NCBI GenBank assembly: GCA_977018835.1
Contig: OZ361259.1
Location: 3,410,001-3,474,000 of the forward strand
From: Minutocellus sp. GHC0000111
Lineage: Eukaryota
DNA: 64,000 nt
Reading direction: 5' to 3'
This document shows positions 54,393-64,000 of the stretch, in pieces. Below the pieces are notes generated by a model that saw nothing but the letters and a program-made list of their open reading frames with translations, was not told the origin of the DNA and made no database searches. Position 1 is the stretch's first letter. Each line of letters begins with the position of its first letter. The position numbers and the translations under genes are program-made.

Positions 54393-54862
54393 TGTCGTCG
54401 CCGCAGATGGCAGTGTGGAATGTATCGGTCCTGTCGTGAGATGTGGTTTGCTCGTTCGGGGGAATCGAACCACCTTGGCACTAAAGTACAAAAAACCTGA
54501 CTCAGAGTTAAAAACAATATACATAAATACTACAAATTACATGAAGCTCGTGAGCAGAGGCAGGCGAGAGCGAGGCAGGGCGTGCATGGTGGGCAATGCA
54601 GTACCGTATGAAGCTATGTGTCTTCGTAAAGCCTGCTGGGACGAGCAGAGTAAACGCTGGGGATGTGTTCGGTCAGGATGCATATTGGCAAAAAATGAAA
54701 AACATCGAGCCACAAAGGAAAGAACCGGCCTTGATGATGATCTCTGCGCGAAGAAGTGGCCTGCCCAAAAACGGCCGGCCAAAAAATCTTCATCTCAAAA
54801 GGTGTTGGGTGGTAACGTGTGTACCAGTATTATGCAGAGCTAGCTAGCTACATGTACAGAAA

Positions 54863-54985
54863 CGATAGCACACTATCCTTCTTCTAGGAGGCCCGGCGTC
54901 GGCTCTTGCTCTTGCAATACAAGCTCGAAGGCGATAGTTGGGGATCCTTCTTTTCGAAGGCCCGGCGTCGGCTCTTGCTCTTGCA
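54863..54985. repeat. Imperfect tandem duplication (69-bp period) with identical 28-bp core AGGCCCGGCGTCGGCTCTTGCTCTTGCA
   Basis: Cores at 54889-54916 and 54958-54985; the upstream flanks also align (CGATAG…ATCCTTCTT). Confidence 0.85.
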
Positions 54986-55391
54986 CGCGATCAGATGGTC
55001 GAAAACGGCCAGAACCCAGTGGAATGGGGGCAATCCACAAAACAAAACCCAGCCGGCCGGCCTCAATAGCATCATCATTCCAAGGGCATGCGCATTTTAT
55101 GGTTTAGGGGCCGCGCATGCCCTCCCTCTTCGGGAATGTTGGTGCTCTATGGGTTGGTTCGGGGAGCTGTCACCTGATGTAGCGACATTTGATCGGTGGG
55201 TTCCCGTCCCGCTCCCTGAATGCCATCTCTCTTTCCAAGAGGGATCAGCAACAGTATCCGATCAACAAGTTGTAGCCCTAACGTAATGCATGCAGTAGGC
55301 ACAGTCTCATCTACCACACTAGCCCTGCTCTTCACTATATTCAAAGTCCAGCGCTGCAGTGTTGTGAATGCAGATAAGCCAATTCCAGGAA

Positions 55392-56567
55392 TCACATACA
55401 TGGTGGCGAGAGCGAGCGCACTATTCTTCGCTTCATGTCAAGAAGCTCATATCCCCCGCTGCCGAGGTCCATCTCCCGAACTTGGCCTCGGATTGCTGCT
55501 GCAGAAGATGCTGATGCCCCATAGCATTTCTCATCGGAAAGCTCGGTTCCGTCAACTTGTCCCTGCGGTTTCATTCCAAGAGTCACATCCACAAAGCGTC
55601 TCCAGCCAGGCCTCTCGGCGAAATTGGCCACAAGGACCCTACATTTTTCTCTGCAATCGGATCTGTCGAGTATTCTATCGATACAATCGGCCAGCGTATC
55701 AGCATGGCACGGCTCGTACAACACTTCCGAGGCCACGATCAGCACCGATTCACCGGGCTGGATCCTGCATCTATTCAAAGCGACGTCGGACGGGTCAGAC
55801 CAGTCCAACAGGCTGACGCTGAGGCAGGGGTTCGTGGCAGGTGGTGACGCCGACGATAATATTGGCGTTGCTTCTCTTGCATCGGCATCTTTGCTTGGAC
55901 TGGAGCCACTGTTGCTATCACCTGCGCATGTATCACTCCCACCGGAAACGCCAACTTGACCCATCGAATCAATCTCATCAGTAGCAGTCCGTTGCATGGC
56001 ATCCACCAACTCTGGCAGGTAGTCGGTGAGAGTGATCTTTTGCGTACGAGTGCTGCCGCTACTGCCACCGCTACTACCGCTGTCGCTGCTCTGCTCGCAC
56101 AGATACCGATGGAGGGCAAATCCCAGCAATCCCAACCCACTGCCCAGCTCAACGATTTGATCGTACGAAGTCAGGTCGATGCGAAAGTCGTCATCGGCAA
56201 TATCGGCGTCAGTAGCAGACGACGCAGACGATGACGTAGACAGAAGTAGATACCGCGCCATGACGACGGAGCAGTCCCACACCATGCCGCCGACCTCGCC
56301 GAGGCAACCGTCCTCCAGGAGAGAGCGAGGGACGTGCAGAGGGAGGGAGAGGCCGGGACGGATGGTGACGGTCTGGATCAGTGTGGCGCTGGTGTCGGTG
56401 TCGTGCTCATGTTCGCATGGGGATGATGCAGCATGAGATGTACTGGAATTGCGAGATGTGCCGATATCATCATTTCCGTTATCCTCGGGCACGACATGTC
56501 CTCGTCTGGTCGCGTCGCTGTCGTCGTACAGGTCCCACAGGGCGTCGGCGTCGAAGGATGCCGTCAT
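55392..56567 (-). CDS. Seven-beta-strand lysine methyltransferase (METTL21/EEF2KMT-like)
   Basis: GGMVWDCSVVMARYL, IVELGSGLGLLG, LTDY, LDW and IVASEVLYE motifs. Confidence 0.88.
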   Translation of the reverse strand: MTASFDADALWDLYDDSDATRRGHVVPEDNGNDDIGTSRNSSTSHAASSPCEHEHDTDTSATLIQTVTIRPGLSLPLHVPRSLLEDGCLGEVGGMVWDCSVVMARYLLLSTSSSASSATDADIADDDFRIDLTSYDQIVELGSGLGLLGFALHRYLCEQSSDSGSSGGSSGSTRTQKITLTDYLPELVDAMQRTATDEIDSMGQVGVSGGSDTCAGDSNSGSSPSKDADAREATPILSSASPPATNPCLSVSLLDWSDPSDVALNRCRIQPGESVLIVASEVLYEPCHADTLADCIDRILDRSDCREKCRVLVANFAERPGWRRFVDVTLGMKPQGQVDGTELSDEKCYGASASSAAAIRGQVREMDLGSGGYELLDMKRRIVRSLSPPCM

Positions 56568-56616
56568 GGGGCGCAAAAAATGAGGATGTGACACATGAGT
56601 GCTTTCGAGGGTTTCT

Positions 56617-56670
56617 AACCTCTACGTCGCTTTCTGGATGACCTCAACCTCTACGTCGCTTTCTGAATGA
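56617..56670. repeat. 29-bp-period tandem duplication in a divergent promoter
   Basis: AACCTCTACGTCGCTTTCTG(G/A)ATGA at 56617 and 56646. Confidence 0.85.
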
Positions 56671-56918
56671 TCAGAGACTGACATGATTCAGAAACGAAGA
56701 TTCCAGACCGACAGCCACAGCGGCACACGGCAAACGCAGGCAGAGGCAGCAGCGGCAGCAGCAGCAGCAGCTGAAACCCACCGTTATTATCGATAATGGA
56801 CCAATCTTCTCTAGCTAGAGTAGAGGACCTGTCCTAGTAAGAATGACGAGAGGAGCCCGGAGCACTCATCATCCTGTTCCATTTGCTGTGCCCGAACTCT
56901 AAGTTTCGATCTGGAACC

Positions 56919-58895
56919 ATGGACAATCGTAAGAGAGCACGCGTCGACGCAGAGGGAGATACTCGTAGGTCTGGCACAAGCAGCCGCAGTCCTCATAAGA
57001 GACATGGTAATATTGTCGCTGGAACGAAAAGGCAGATCAGAGACAAGAGGTATTATGACGGCCATGCTGCAAAAATCGCTGAGAAGAGGCGGGACAAAAA
57101 GATCCGCGAGGCCCTGAAGGAGGCAAACTTGGACGAGGAATCCATTTGCCTGGTCTGGGATGAAATGGTGGAGGCCAAGCGGAATCCGTACATGAAGAAG
57201 CCTCAAATCGTAAGCAAAGCCTTCATTCTGCTAGCAAATAAGCATACCAATCGACCTCCGCCCGTTGCCCAGCCTGTCCTTACGTCAGCGCTCGGCGCCA
57301 CCGCGACCAACACTGGAAACCAGCACATGATGGCAGCAATGACGGCACAAATGACGCCAATGATGGCAATGACGGGGATGCCGGCGTTTACTACTGGTAT
57401 GCCGCTGCCTGGTATGATGGCGACGGGCTTGCCTTTTACTGGTATGGCTGGTGTGCCAGCCATGATGACGATGCCACCAGGTGGTGCCTCCCCTGGCTCT
57501 ACTACTTCCGGCACCAATGTGACCAGCATGAACTGGCGTAATAACATGATGGCGATGGCATCGGCACATGCAAATGCAGCGACGACGTATGCGGCCTATG
57601 CCACTTCTGCTCTTAGCTCTGCGAACGCGACCAGTGCTGGTCTGAGTGGAGTTGCGCCAAAACACCTTCCAGCTGCACCACTACCTGCAATGACGATGGG
57701 CATCAGCGGGAAGGCTAACGATATCAAGGCCGATGCTACCATAGCCACACCTGCCAAAGGCATCACGAAGGATAGCAATGCCGAATCCACTGCTTCAGCT
57801 AGCACCGGTGGCAGCCCAGCCAAGGCGAAGACGTCTGAGGATGAGATGATGGACGTTGCCAAGGTGGGACAGGTCAATACGTCGTTAGCGCCGATCAGCG
57901 CGGCCAAGTCCCCCCCTGGGACGCAGTTCATGGTGCCTTCGGCGCCATCACCAACCTCGATTGCGGATCTGCCAATCAGCGGGGATGATAGTCCCAGCAA
58001 TAGCGCCAAGGGCGACGAGGTCAGCAGCGGTGTCGGTATTGACATCCTCATCGGCAGTGATGAAAATGACGACAGCATTGACGGTAGAAAGATTCCGGAA
58101 CACGAGGACGACCAGTCCGCCGTGGGCGTGGACCTGGGCGATGATGACGAGAAGAGTGCCAAGGCCGCACCAAAAGTTCGTCCTAAGTTCGATCTGCCGT
58201 ACGTTCAAACGATTGGAGATGGAATTTTCGATGGCAAGATTGCCCAGATCGACGTAAATGGGGTTGGTAAGGATCGCATCATGGCCAAATTGACTTTCCT
58301 CCCGCCCAGATCGTCTCCTCGTGAATACATGTACCAGATTCCTGGGGTCATGGATGCTCTTGCAAACGGCAAATCTACCCTCAGGGATCATTTCGAAGTG
58401 GGCAAGGAAGAAATTGGCGGGACGGAGAAGATTGATGCGCTTGACCTGGAGGTCTCGTCGAATTTATACCACACTCTTGTCTTGTGCAAGCCCGACCGCA
58501 AGTGCACATGTCTTTCTTTTGTCATGTTCCAGCGCATCGAGGGGAGCGAAGATTGGTGGGTTCCATGGCTCGCAACCAACAAGGACAAACAGTACATGAA
58601 GAGGGGATACTCGAGATTCCTTCTAGAAACTGTCAAGCAGCTAGCCAGTGGATTTGGCGCCAAAAATATCTATCTCGAGGTGGGCATCCCATCGATGATG
58701 CCGGACTACACCGGCGACGAGAATGACGAGGATAAGGACACTGAGGCGTCCAAGTGGGCTAGAGCAGGGACCTTTTACTCTCGTCTGGGATTTGTTTCAG
58801 CCGGGGATGACGTCCCGGATGAAGTTTTGTCCCTTTGCAAGGAGGTTCGAAAGGGCACTCACGAAGTGTTGAGGAGGGACCTCACTACCACTTGA
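56919..58895 (+). CDS. Protein with basic N-terminus, Met-rich low-complexity region and C-terminal GNAT acetyltransferase domain
   Basis: VPWLATNKDKQYMKRGYSRFLLETV…IYLEV…AGTFYSRLGF are GNAT motifs A and B. Confidence 0.75.
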   Translation: MDNRKRARVDAEGDTRRSGTSSRSPHKRHGNIVAGTKRQIRDKRYYDGHAAKIAEKRRDKKIREALKEANLDEESICLVWDEMVEAKRNPYMKKPQIVSKAFILLANKHTNRPPPVAQPVLTSALGATATNTGNQHMMAAMTAQMTPMMAMTGMPAFTTGMPLPGMMATGLPFTGMAGVPAMMTMPPGGASPGSTTSGTNVTSMNWRNNMMAMASAHANAATTYAAYATSALSSANATSAGLSGVAPKHLPAAPLPAMTMGISGKANDIKADATIATPAKGITKDSNAESTASASTGGSPAKAKTSEDEMMDVAKVGQVNTSLAPISAAKSPPGTQFMVPSAPSPTSIADLPISGDDSPSNSAKGDEVSSGVGIDILIGSDENDDSIDGRKIPEHEDDQSAVGVDLGDDDEKSAKAAPKVRPKFDLPYVQTIGDGIFDGKIAQIDVNGVGKDRIMAKLTFLPPRSSPREYMYQIPGVMDALANGKSTLRDHFEVGKEEIGGTEKIDALDLEVSSNLYHTLVLCKPDRKCTCLSFVMFQRIEGSEDWWVPWLATNKDKQYMKRGYSRFLLETVKQLASGFGAKNIYLEVGIPSMMPDYTGDENDEDKDTEASKWARAGTFYSRLGFVSAGDDVPDEVLSLCKEVRKGTHEVLRRDLTTT

Positions 58896-59275
58896 GACGG
58901 CCTGGCTGAGAATGAAGATCAGATATGTTGGGCCGTTTTCATTCGGTGACGGCAACAAATTCAAGTACCAATAGGAATAGGATGAAGCAGTTTTGCTTCA
59001 TAAGTCTCACAAATATCTGCAAAAATAACTGGGATAAAAACAAATGCAAATATGGTTTCCATCTTACTTGATATCTCCATCGTTGTCACAAATTATGGCC
59101 ATTGGTCACATCGCTTTGAAAAGAACGCTTTGGTCTAACTAAGAGAGATAAATGTCCAAACAAAGACAATTTATTTGAATCTAATACTACATTATTCTTT
59201 GCAAAATCTTATTGTATTGCCAATGGTATTGCGAACCCATTGAATTCTATTAAAAAATGGTACATGTATTCATGT

Positions 59276-60556
59276 TCATGCCATGAAGGACGAAAGGGCC
59301 AAGGCTGCGGCTGCTGCTGTGAGCGCGGCCATCCCAGTCAAATGCGATGCGCCGGATGACTCCTTTGCATCCAAGAATGCACCAGAAGCGCCGTCGTCAT
59401 CCTCATCCTCCTGGCTATAGCAATGGATCTTGAGCTTATCACAGGTAAGCTCCGAGCCGATGGAGTGATAGATGGCGCACTCGTGGTGGCCACAGGCGCA
59501 TTCGCAGCAGGATCGCGTATCGTCCAGAGAAACATCGACGGATGAGCAATCCGCGAGCATAGGCGAGGTACTGCCCTCGCCTCCATCGGAGGTGGCGATG
59601 GCGTTGGCCTCCTGCTTCTTGGTATCATCCGAGTCGTCATTGTAGGAGGAGTCGAAGCAGTGGACCTTGGATTCATCACAAGTGAGGGGCTTTCCGGGAA
59701 CCTTGAAAACAGAGCAGAAGCTATGGCCGCATACGCACTCACAGCAATCATCGGTCGATGTATCGTCAGGGATCGCAACGTCGAGGCAGCTACCATCTTC
59801 GTCGTCATCATCATCCTCGTCGGGCTCGTAGCAATGGATATTCGCAGCATTGCACTCTAGATCCTTACCGGCCGTCTTGAAGATGGCACATTCGCTGGTG
59901 CCACACGCACACTCGCAGCAGTCTTCGGTTTGGGAGGCAGAGGGAATATCGATGTCGAGGCACATGGCAAACTTATCGGCTTGTTCGCCCTCCTTGATGG
60001 TCTCGACCCATTCGCCTTCAGCATCGTCAAAGGTCTCCTTGTCGTCGTCATCATCGTCGTAACAATGTATCTTGAGAGGATCGCAAACGAGCTCCTCACC
60101 GAATGATTTGAACACTGCGCAAGAGGACGTGGAGCAAGCACATTGGCAGCACTCCTCCGTCTTGCCTGGCATGATGGGAGTTTGTCTGCATTGCAGAAGA
60201 TGGGGCGATATGACCTTGGCCTTGGGGTTGGCTACAATCGTGGTAGTATCGACGTCGGCATCTTGCAGGACCCACTCTCCCTCCTCCTGGTGCTGCTTGA
60301 GAGGAGCGTCGTCTTCCGTGTCCAGAGGGTCGTAGCAATGCACACGGTCGGGAAGACAAGTGAGTTCTTCTCCAAAGCGTTGAAACACGGCGCACTGATC
60401 ATGACCGCAAATGCAGTTACAGCAGTCCGACGTCGATCCGGCCGAGGAGGCGATGCCGGAGCAGTCGGCGATGTTGGTCTCGGCAGCTGCGATGGATACG
60501 GATGCTGCCGATAGCATCAGGAGAGATGCGACGAAGGCTCGAGGAGATACAATCAT
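59276..60556 (-). CDS. Secreted, probably GPI-anchored protein with five 8-Cys repeats and acidic linkers
   Basis: Signal peptide; 5x C-x(11-12)-CCxCxC-x4-C-x2-[FY]-x3-G-x2-L-x-C-x4-[IV]HC[YF]; C-terminal SSGA plus hydrophobic tail. Confidence 0.85.
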   Translation of the reverse strand: MIVSPRAFVASLLMLSAASVSIAAAETNIADCSGIASSAGSTSDCCNCICGHDQCAVFQRFGEELTCLPDRVHCYDPLDTEDDAPLKQHQEEGEWVLQDADVDTTTIVANPKAKVISPHLLQCRQTPIMPGKTEECCQCACSTSSCAVFKSFGEELVCDPLKIHCYDDDDDDKETFDDAEGEWVETIKEGEQADKFAMCLDIDIPSASQTEDCCECACGTSECAIFKTAGKDLECNAANIHCYEPDEDDDDDEDGSCLDVAIPDDTSTDDCCECVCGHSFCSVFKVPGKPLTCDESKVHCFDSSYNDDSDDTKKQEANAIATSDGGEGSTSPMLADCSSVDVSLDDTRSCCECACGHHECAIYHSIGSELTCDKLKIHCYSQEDEDDDGASGAFLDAKESSGASHLTGMAALTAAAAALALSSFMA

Positions 60557-61422
60557 GGTGACGGAGATGGCGAACGAATGAAAACAAGTTTATCGCTTTG
60601 TTGGATTGTGATCGATCCAGAAGCGAACTCGAGGAAGGAGGATTCGATTCGAGTCGAGTCGTCAAAGTCGATATATTTTCTTCCAAAGGAAGAGAAATGG
60701 ATCGAACCAATGATCAGATTCGACTCTACGATGTTCCAATCCTGACGGAAATAGATACAGGCGACGGGCGCTGGCTAATCCAGATGGAATTAGAGCAGGC
60801 GACGGGCGCTCATTCTCGCTTGCTTTGCTGCATGCCAATTGCGTGCTCCCCAGCAAGATACCATCCCCAAATTAGCCATCTTTTCGGCTAAACGCATCGC
60901 ATGACTGCGCGCGCTGTCTGCTCGAGGCTTTTTCCTTCTGAGCAATCGAGCGAGTCGCTGATTTTTACAGTCGAATAAGTCATGAGTGTGAGCCGGTCCT
61001 TCAGCGCCTTTTGACTTGAGATTGCTGAGATTTTATCGATTATTTTTTGAGATTATCGATCTCTGAATTTTTGAGGGCCGTAATGGCTCGGCACATGATG
61101 TAGATCTACATGCACCGGTACAAGAGCAGTTGGTTTTCTCAACCCGCTGAATTTTTTTTCCTCAAATGCCACAAGTTTACCTCGCTGGGGGGGGGGGGGC
61201 TCTCCCACGCTCTGGCTGGAAAAGGTCGCGAGAGGAAAGAAGAACCAACTGGGGATTGAGAAGTGAATGTTTCAATCATTCCGACATGTGCACGTAGTGA
61301 TCATAAATTCATTACATGTTGGGTTTTAAGCTTTATCTCAACATTAGCATCAGAGAACAAGCCCTCCTCCTGTCGTCGTCCCGATATTCTCTTTACAGTT
61401 TCGTACCAAAAGGAGAAACGTA

Positions 61423-62493
61423 TCAATCTCTCGGACGATTCCTCCCCCTTGGTACAGGGACTTCATCCTCCACCTGGGCCGCCATGATCGTGTCTGATTG
61501 CCCTTGCGTCTGCTGTGGCGACCGGCCCATCTCATCAATTGCGTCACCAGTGATAGTATTGATGAGCTGCCCGCCGATGCATTGGACGGGGTTGTACGAC
61601 GTCAGCTCGACGTTGGCGATGCACCGGAAGATATCGATGCCGGTATCGGCCAGGCGGTCCATGAGGAGGGCGCCGCATTCGCCAGCGTCGGCCTCCTCCT
61701 CGAGGTGACGGCGACCGTCGCCACCGCCCTTGATGACGTCAGAGGTCTTGCCCCGCTTGGACAGCAGGCTGGCCCGACGACCGCTGCTGTTCCGTCCTCT
61801 GGCCTTGAGTTTGGCAACGTTGCGCTTGCCGCGGGACCTTTTGCGGCGGTCGCTGGTCTTCTTTCGCTTGCTGGTGGTGTCCTGCAATTGCCGTCCCTCC
61901 TCGACGGCGGTACCGTTGTTGGCGGCGTTGGCGAGAAGGTATGTGCTCGTCATGGTCTCCCCATCGTCGGCCATGTAAAGATCGTCGCCAAGATCGGCCA
62001 GATACCGGTCGCTCCCGCCGCCAAAGACCTTATCGACACTAAAGTTGTCCACCTCGACCAATTCGAGTTCCAGGCTATCGACTATGACACAATCGTCCGT
62101 GCACTCGTTGAGGACGTCGAGCATGGTGTCGAGAAAGACCCTCTGGGCGCGATTCGTCCATTGGTCTTGGACGGCCGCCTCGCCGTACAGACTGACGAAG
62201 ACGGTCTCTATAAACGGAATGACGTACCCGCCGCAGGTGCCCGACAGGACCTGCTGGGCGTACTCGTCCAGGACGGCCTGCTGCTTGGCCGCCTCGGCCG
62301 CCTTGGCCTCGCAGTCCTGACGTTGCTTCATGAGTCGGTCGTAATTTGAGTATGTTATTATGGCTGGTATCTCAATGTCGCATTGCCCGGCAGCGGCCAC
62401 GATAGTGCTACGGGTTGAGAAGACCGAGGCGAGGGACACCGCCGAGGCGGCGGTGGCCGAGAGGAGGCCACCAATTCGACGTCGGCGGGCCAT
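61423..62493 (-). CDS. Secreted RXL-motif protein with basic internal segment (paralogue of 36301..37530)
   Basis: Signal peptide; VLNECT…RQLQ…RGKRNVAKLKARGRNSSGRR…RHLE…CGALLMDRL…FRCIANVELTSY…MAAQVED. Confidence 0.8.
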   Translation of the reverse strand: MARRRRIGGLLSATAASAVSLASVFSTRSTIVAAAGQCDIEIPAIITYSNYDRLMKQRQDCEAKAAEAAKQQAVLDEYAQQVLSGTCGGYVIPFIETVFVSLYGEAAVQDQWTNRAQRVFLDTMLDVLNECTDDCVIVDSLELELVEVDNFSVDKVFGGGSDRYLADLGDDLYMADDGETMTSTYLLANAANNGTAVEEGRQLQDTTSKRKKTSDRRKRSRGKRNVAKLKARGRNSSGRRASLLSKRGKTSDVIKGGGDGRRHLEEEADAGECGALLMDRLADTGIDIFRCIANVELTSYNPVQCIGGQLINTITGDAIDEMGRSPQQTQGQSDTIMAAQVEDEVPVPRGRNRPRD

Positions 62494-63568
62494 TGGTGAT
62501 CAAGACTGTGTGCTATGGAAATGAAAGAATGTCCGAGGAGGAGGAAATGGCAAAAAAGGTTTTTGAGAGGTTTTTGATGATCGTGACTGTGACCAACCAA
62601 GCCGAACTTCGCCGACAGTGCGATTGCAGATCGGAAGCTACATTTGTAGTAGATCTAGTCTAGATCAGGAAGTCCAATACGTGTATATCTATCTACAAAG
62701 TCACAACTTCTAGATATATACCGGTACATGTAACACCCTGGCATCATCACTATTGAGGTTTGCAGGTTGATTGTTGTTGTGTTGTTTCTCTGCTTGCTTT
62801 GAAGGCAAGGCCAGCTGGCGAAGCTCAGACAGGCCAAAGTTATTATATACAGATCTAGATCTACTGTAACGTAATGGAACAGGAACAACCTGAGAACAAA
62901 ATATTCCAGAAAACAAAACGCAAAAGAGAAGAGGGGGTATAAGGCGCAGAGACATTGCCGAAGATGAGCGTATGGTAGACTTCCTGCTACCGGTAACTCC
63001 AGAAAAAGGATGGGACCGCTGTCAGATTTGATACATAGATAAAAAGAGCAGAGAGGGTGACGATCCGATACCAATTGGAAGAGTGCTGTTCCGACAGGAC
63101 ATTGAATACACAAACGAATGTAGAGTTTTCGTTCTTCGTGTAACCGGTGAGCTGCACAAAGCTGTACCGGTAGGTACTCGTAGGTAGATCTGATGGTGGT
63201 GGGAGGGATTGTCAGATACGTTGAGGTTGATCCACCGCGTTGATTTGACCTACACATATATACAGTGTATGACGATCTGATTGGATGTGAAAGAAAAATA
63301 TAAAATGGAATGGGGATATGTAAAAAAAGGTAATGAATCGTTATCGTTCTATCGTATCATCAGCAACGAGGTTAGAAAAATATATATCAAGGGGTGCCTG
63401 GAAAGAGAAATGATGGGGAGGGAAAGGGGTTGCAACCTCTCGATGTTGGATGTCACCTCCTGAATACGAAAAGGGGCTGGAAAAAAAGTGAAAGGACGGA
63501 TCGATTATATCGATCGGAATTCGGACTCGTAGATCTTGGATGTTCCGGACCGACGGTTCACTTCTACT

Positions 63569-64000
63569 CTAGAGGAGCATGAGGGCCTCGGCGGCCTCGC
63601 GGCGGAGCTCATCCTCGTTGACGGCATCGGCGACGTAGATGGCCCGGGGAGTGACGAGGTTGCCCATCACGAAGTTGGCACGAGTGGGCGGGGCGGACGT
63701 GAAGCGGGGGAGGGCGAAAGGAGGAGGGGACACCACGACGGCAGAGGCAGCAGCAGCGGCTGCGGAGGCAGCCCTCTCTTCTTCCTCGTTGGCCTGCTGC
63801 TGGATGCGGAGCTCGGGAGGGAGGACGCCAGAAGGCGGGGGTAGGACGGACAAATGATTGTAGGCGGTGGAGTTGGTGGCCGAGGCGGCTCGGTTGGCGG
63901 CCGCTTCCTCTCGGATGCGATAACGGAGGGCGAGGACGTCGACCGGTGGACCGCCGTTCTCCTCGTAGTCGCTGAAGTCGTCGTCTTCATCGTCATCGTC
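63569..64000 (-). CDS. 3' end of a gene entering from the right edge (unknown function)
   Basis: The frame appears open from the window end (DDDDEDDDFSDYEE…) to the stop at 63569; GC-rich, coding-like composition. Confidence 0.5.
   Translation of the reverse strand, partial: DDDDEDDDFSDYEENGGPPVDVLALRYRIREEAAANRAASATNSTAYNHLSVLPPPSGVLPPELRIQQQANEEEERAASAAAAAASAVVVSPPPFALPRFTSAPPTRANFVMGNLVTPRAIYVADAVNEDELRREAAEALMLL

Noticed and set aside
54889..54985. Two identical 28-bp repeats with a 41-bp spacer, CRISPR-like geometry
   Set aside because: There are only two copies, the flanks also align (so it is a 69-bp tandem duplication), there are no cas genes and the context is eukaryotic.
61186..61199. 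Poly-G run (also 20551-20560)
   Set aside because: Simple homopolymers with no supporting context; their length is unreliable.

Overview
This is a gene-dense eukaryotic nuclear window, most likely from a diatom or related photosynthetic stramenopile. The evidence is short GT-AG introns, bipartite signal + (A)SAF/AFAP plastid presequences and RXL-motif secreted proteins. About 30 protein-coding genes are supportable, including nuclear Psb28, plastid ATP sulfurylase, a CPA1 Na+/H+ antiporter, an AFG1-like ATPase, a UCH deubiquitinase, SET, METTL21-like and GNAT enzymes, CRAL-TRIO, glycosyltransferase-like proteins and several secreted proteins. No rRNA, tRNA, CRISPR array or recognisable transposon ORF was seen. 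The standout is a two-exon gene (31653..34206, minus) fusing an N-terminal globin (His E7/His F8) to a 6-TM CNG/KCNH-type ion channel with a C-linker and degenerate cyclic-nucleotide-binding domain. This is a candidate haem-based gas- or redox-gated channel. Also notable are two dispersed RXL-motif paralogues with basic internal segments, a GPI-type protein made of five 8-Cys modules, a head-to-head paralogue pair with different C-termini, and intergenic palindrome motifs that differ between 5' and 3' gene flanks. Several genes are broken by 1-bp shifts in short homopolymers, probably assembly errors. All family assignments come from motif recognition by eye; no database search was run.
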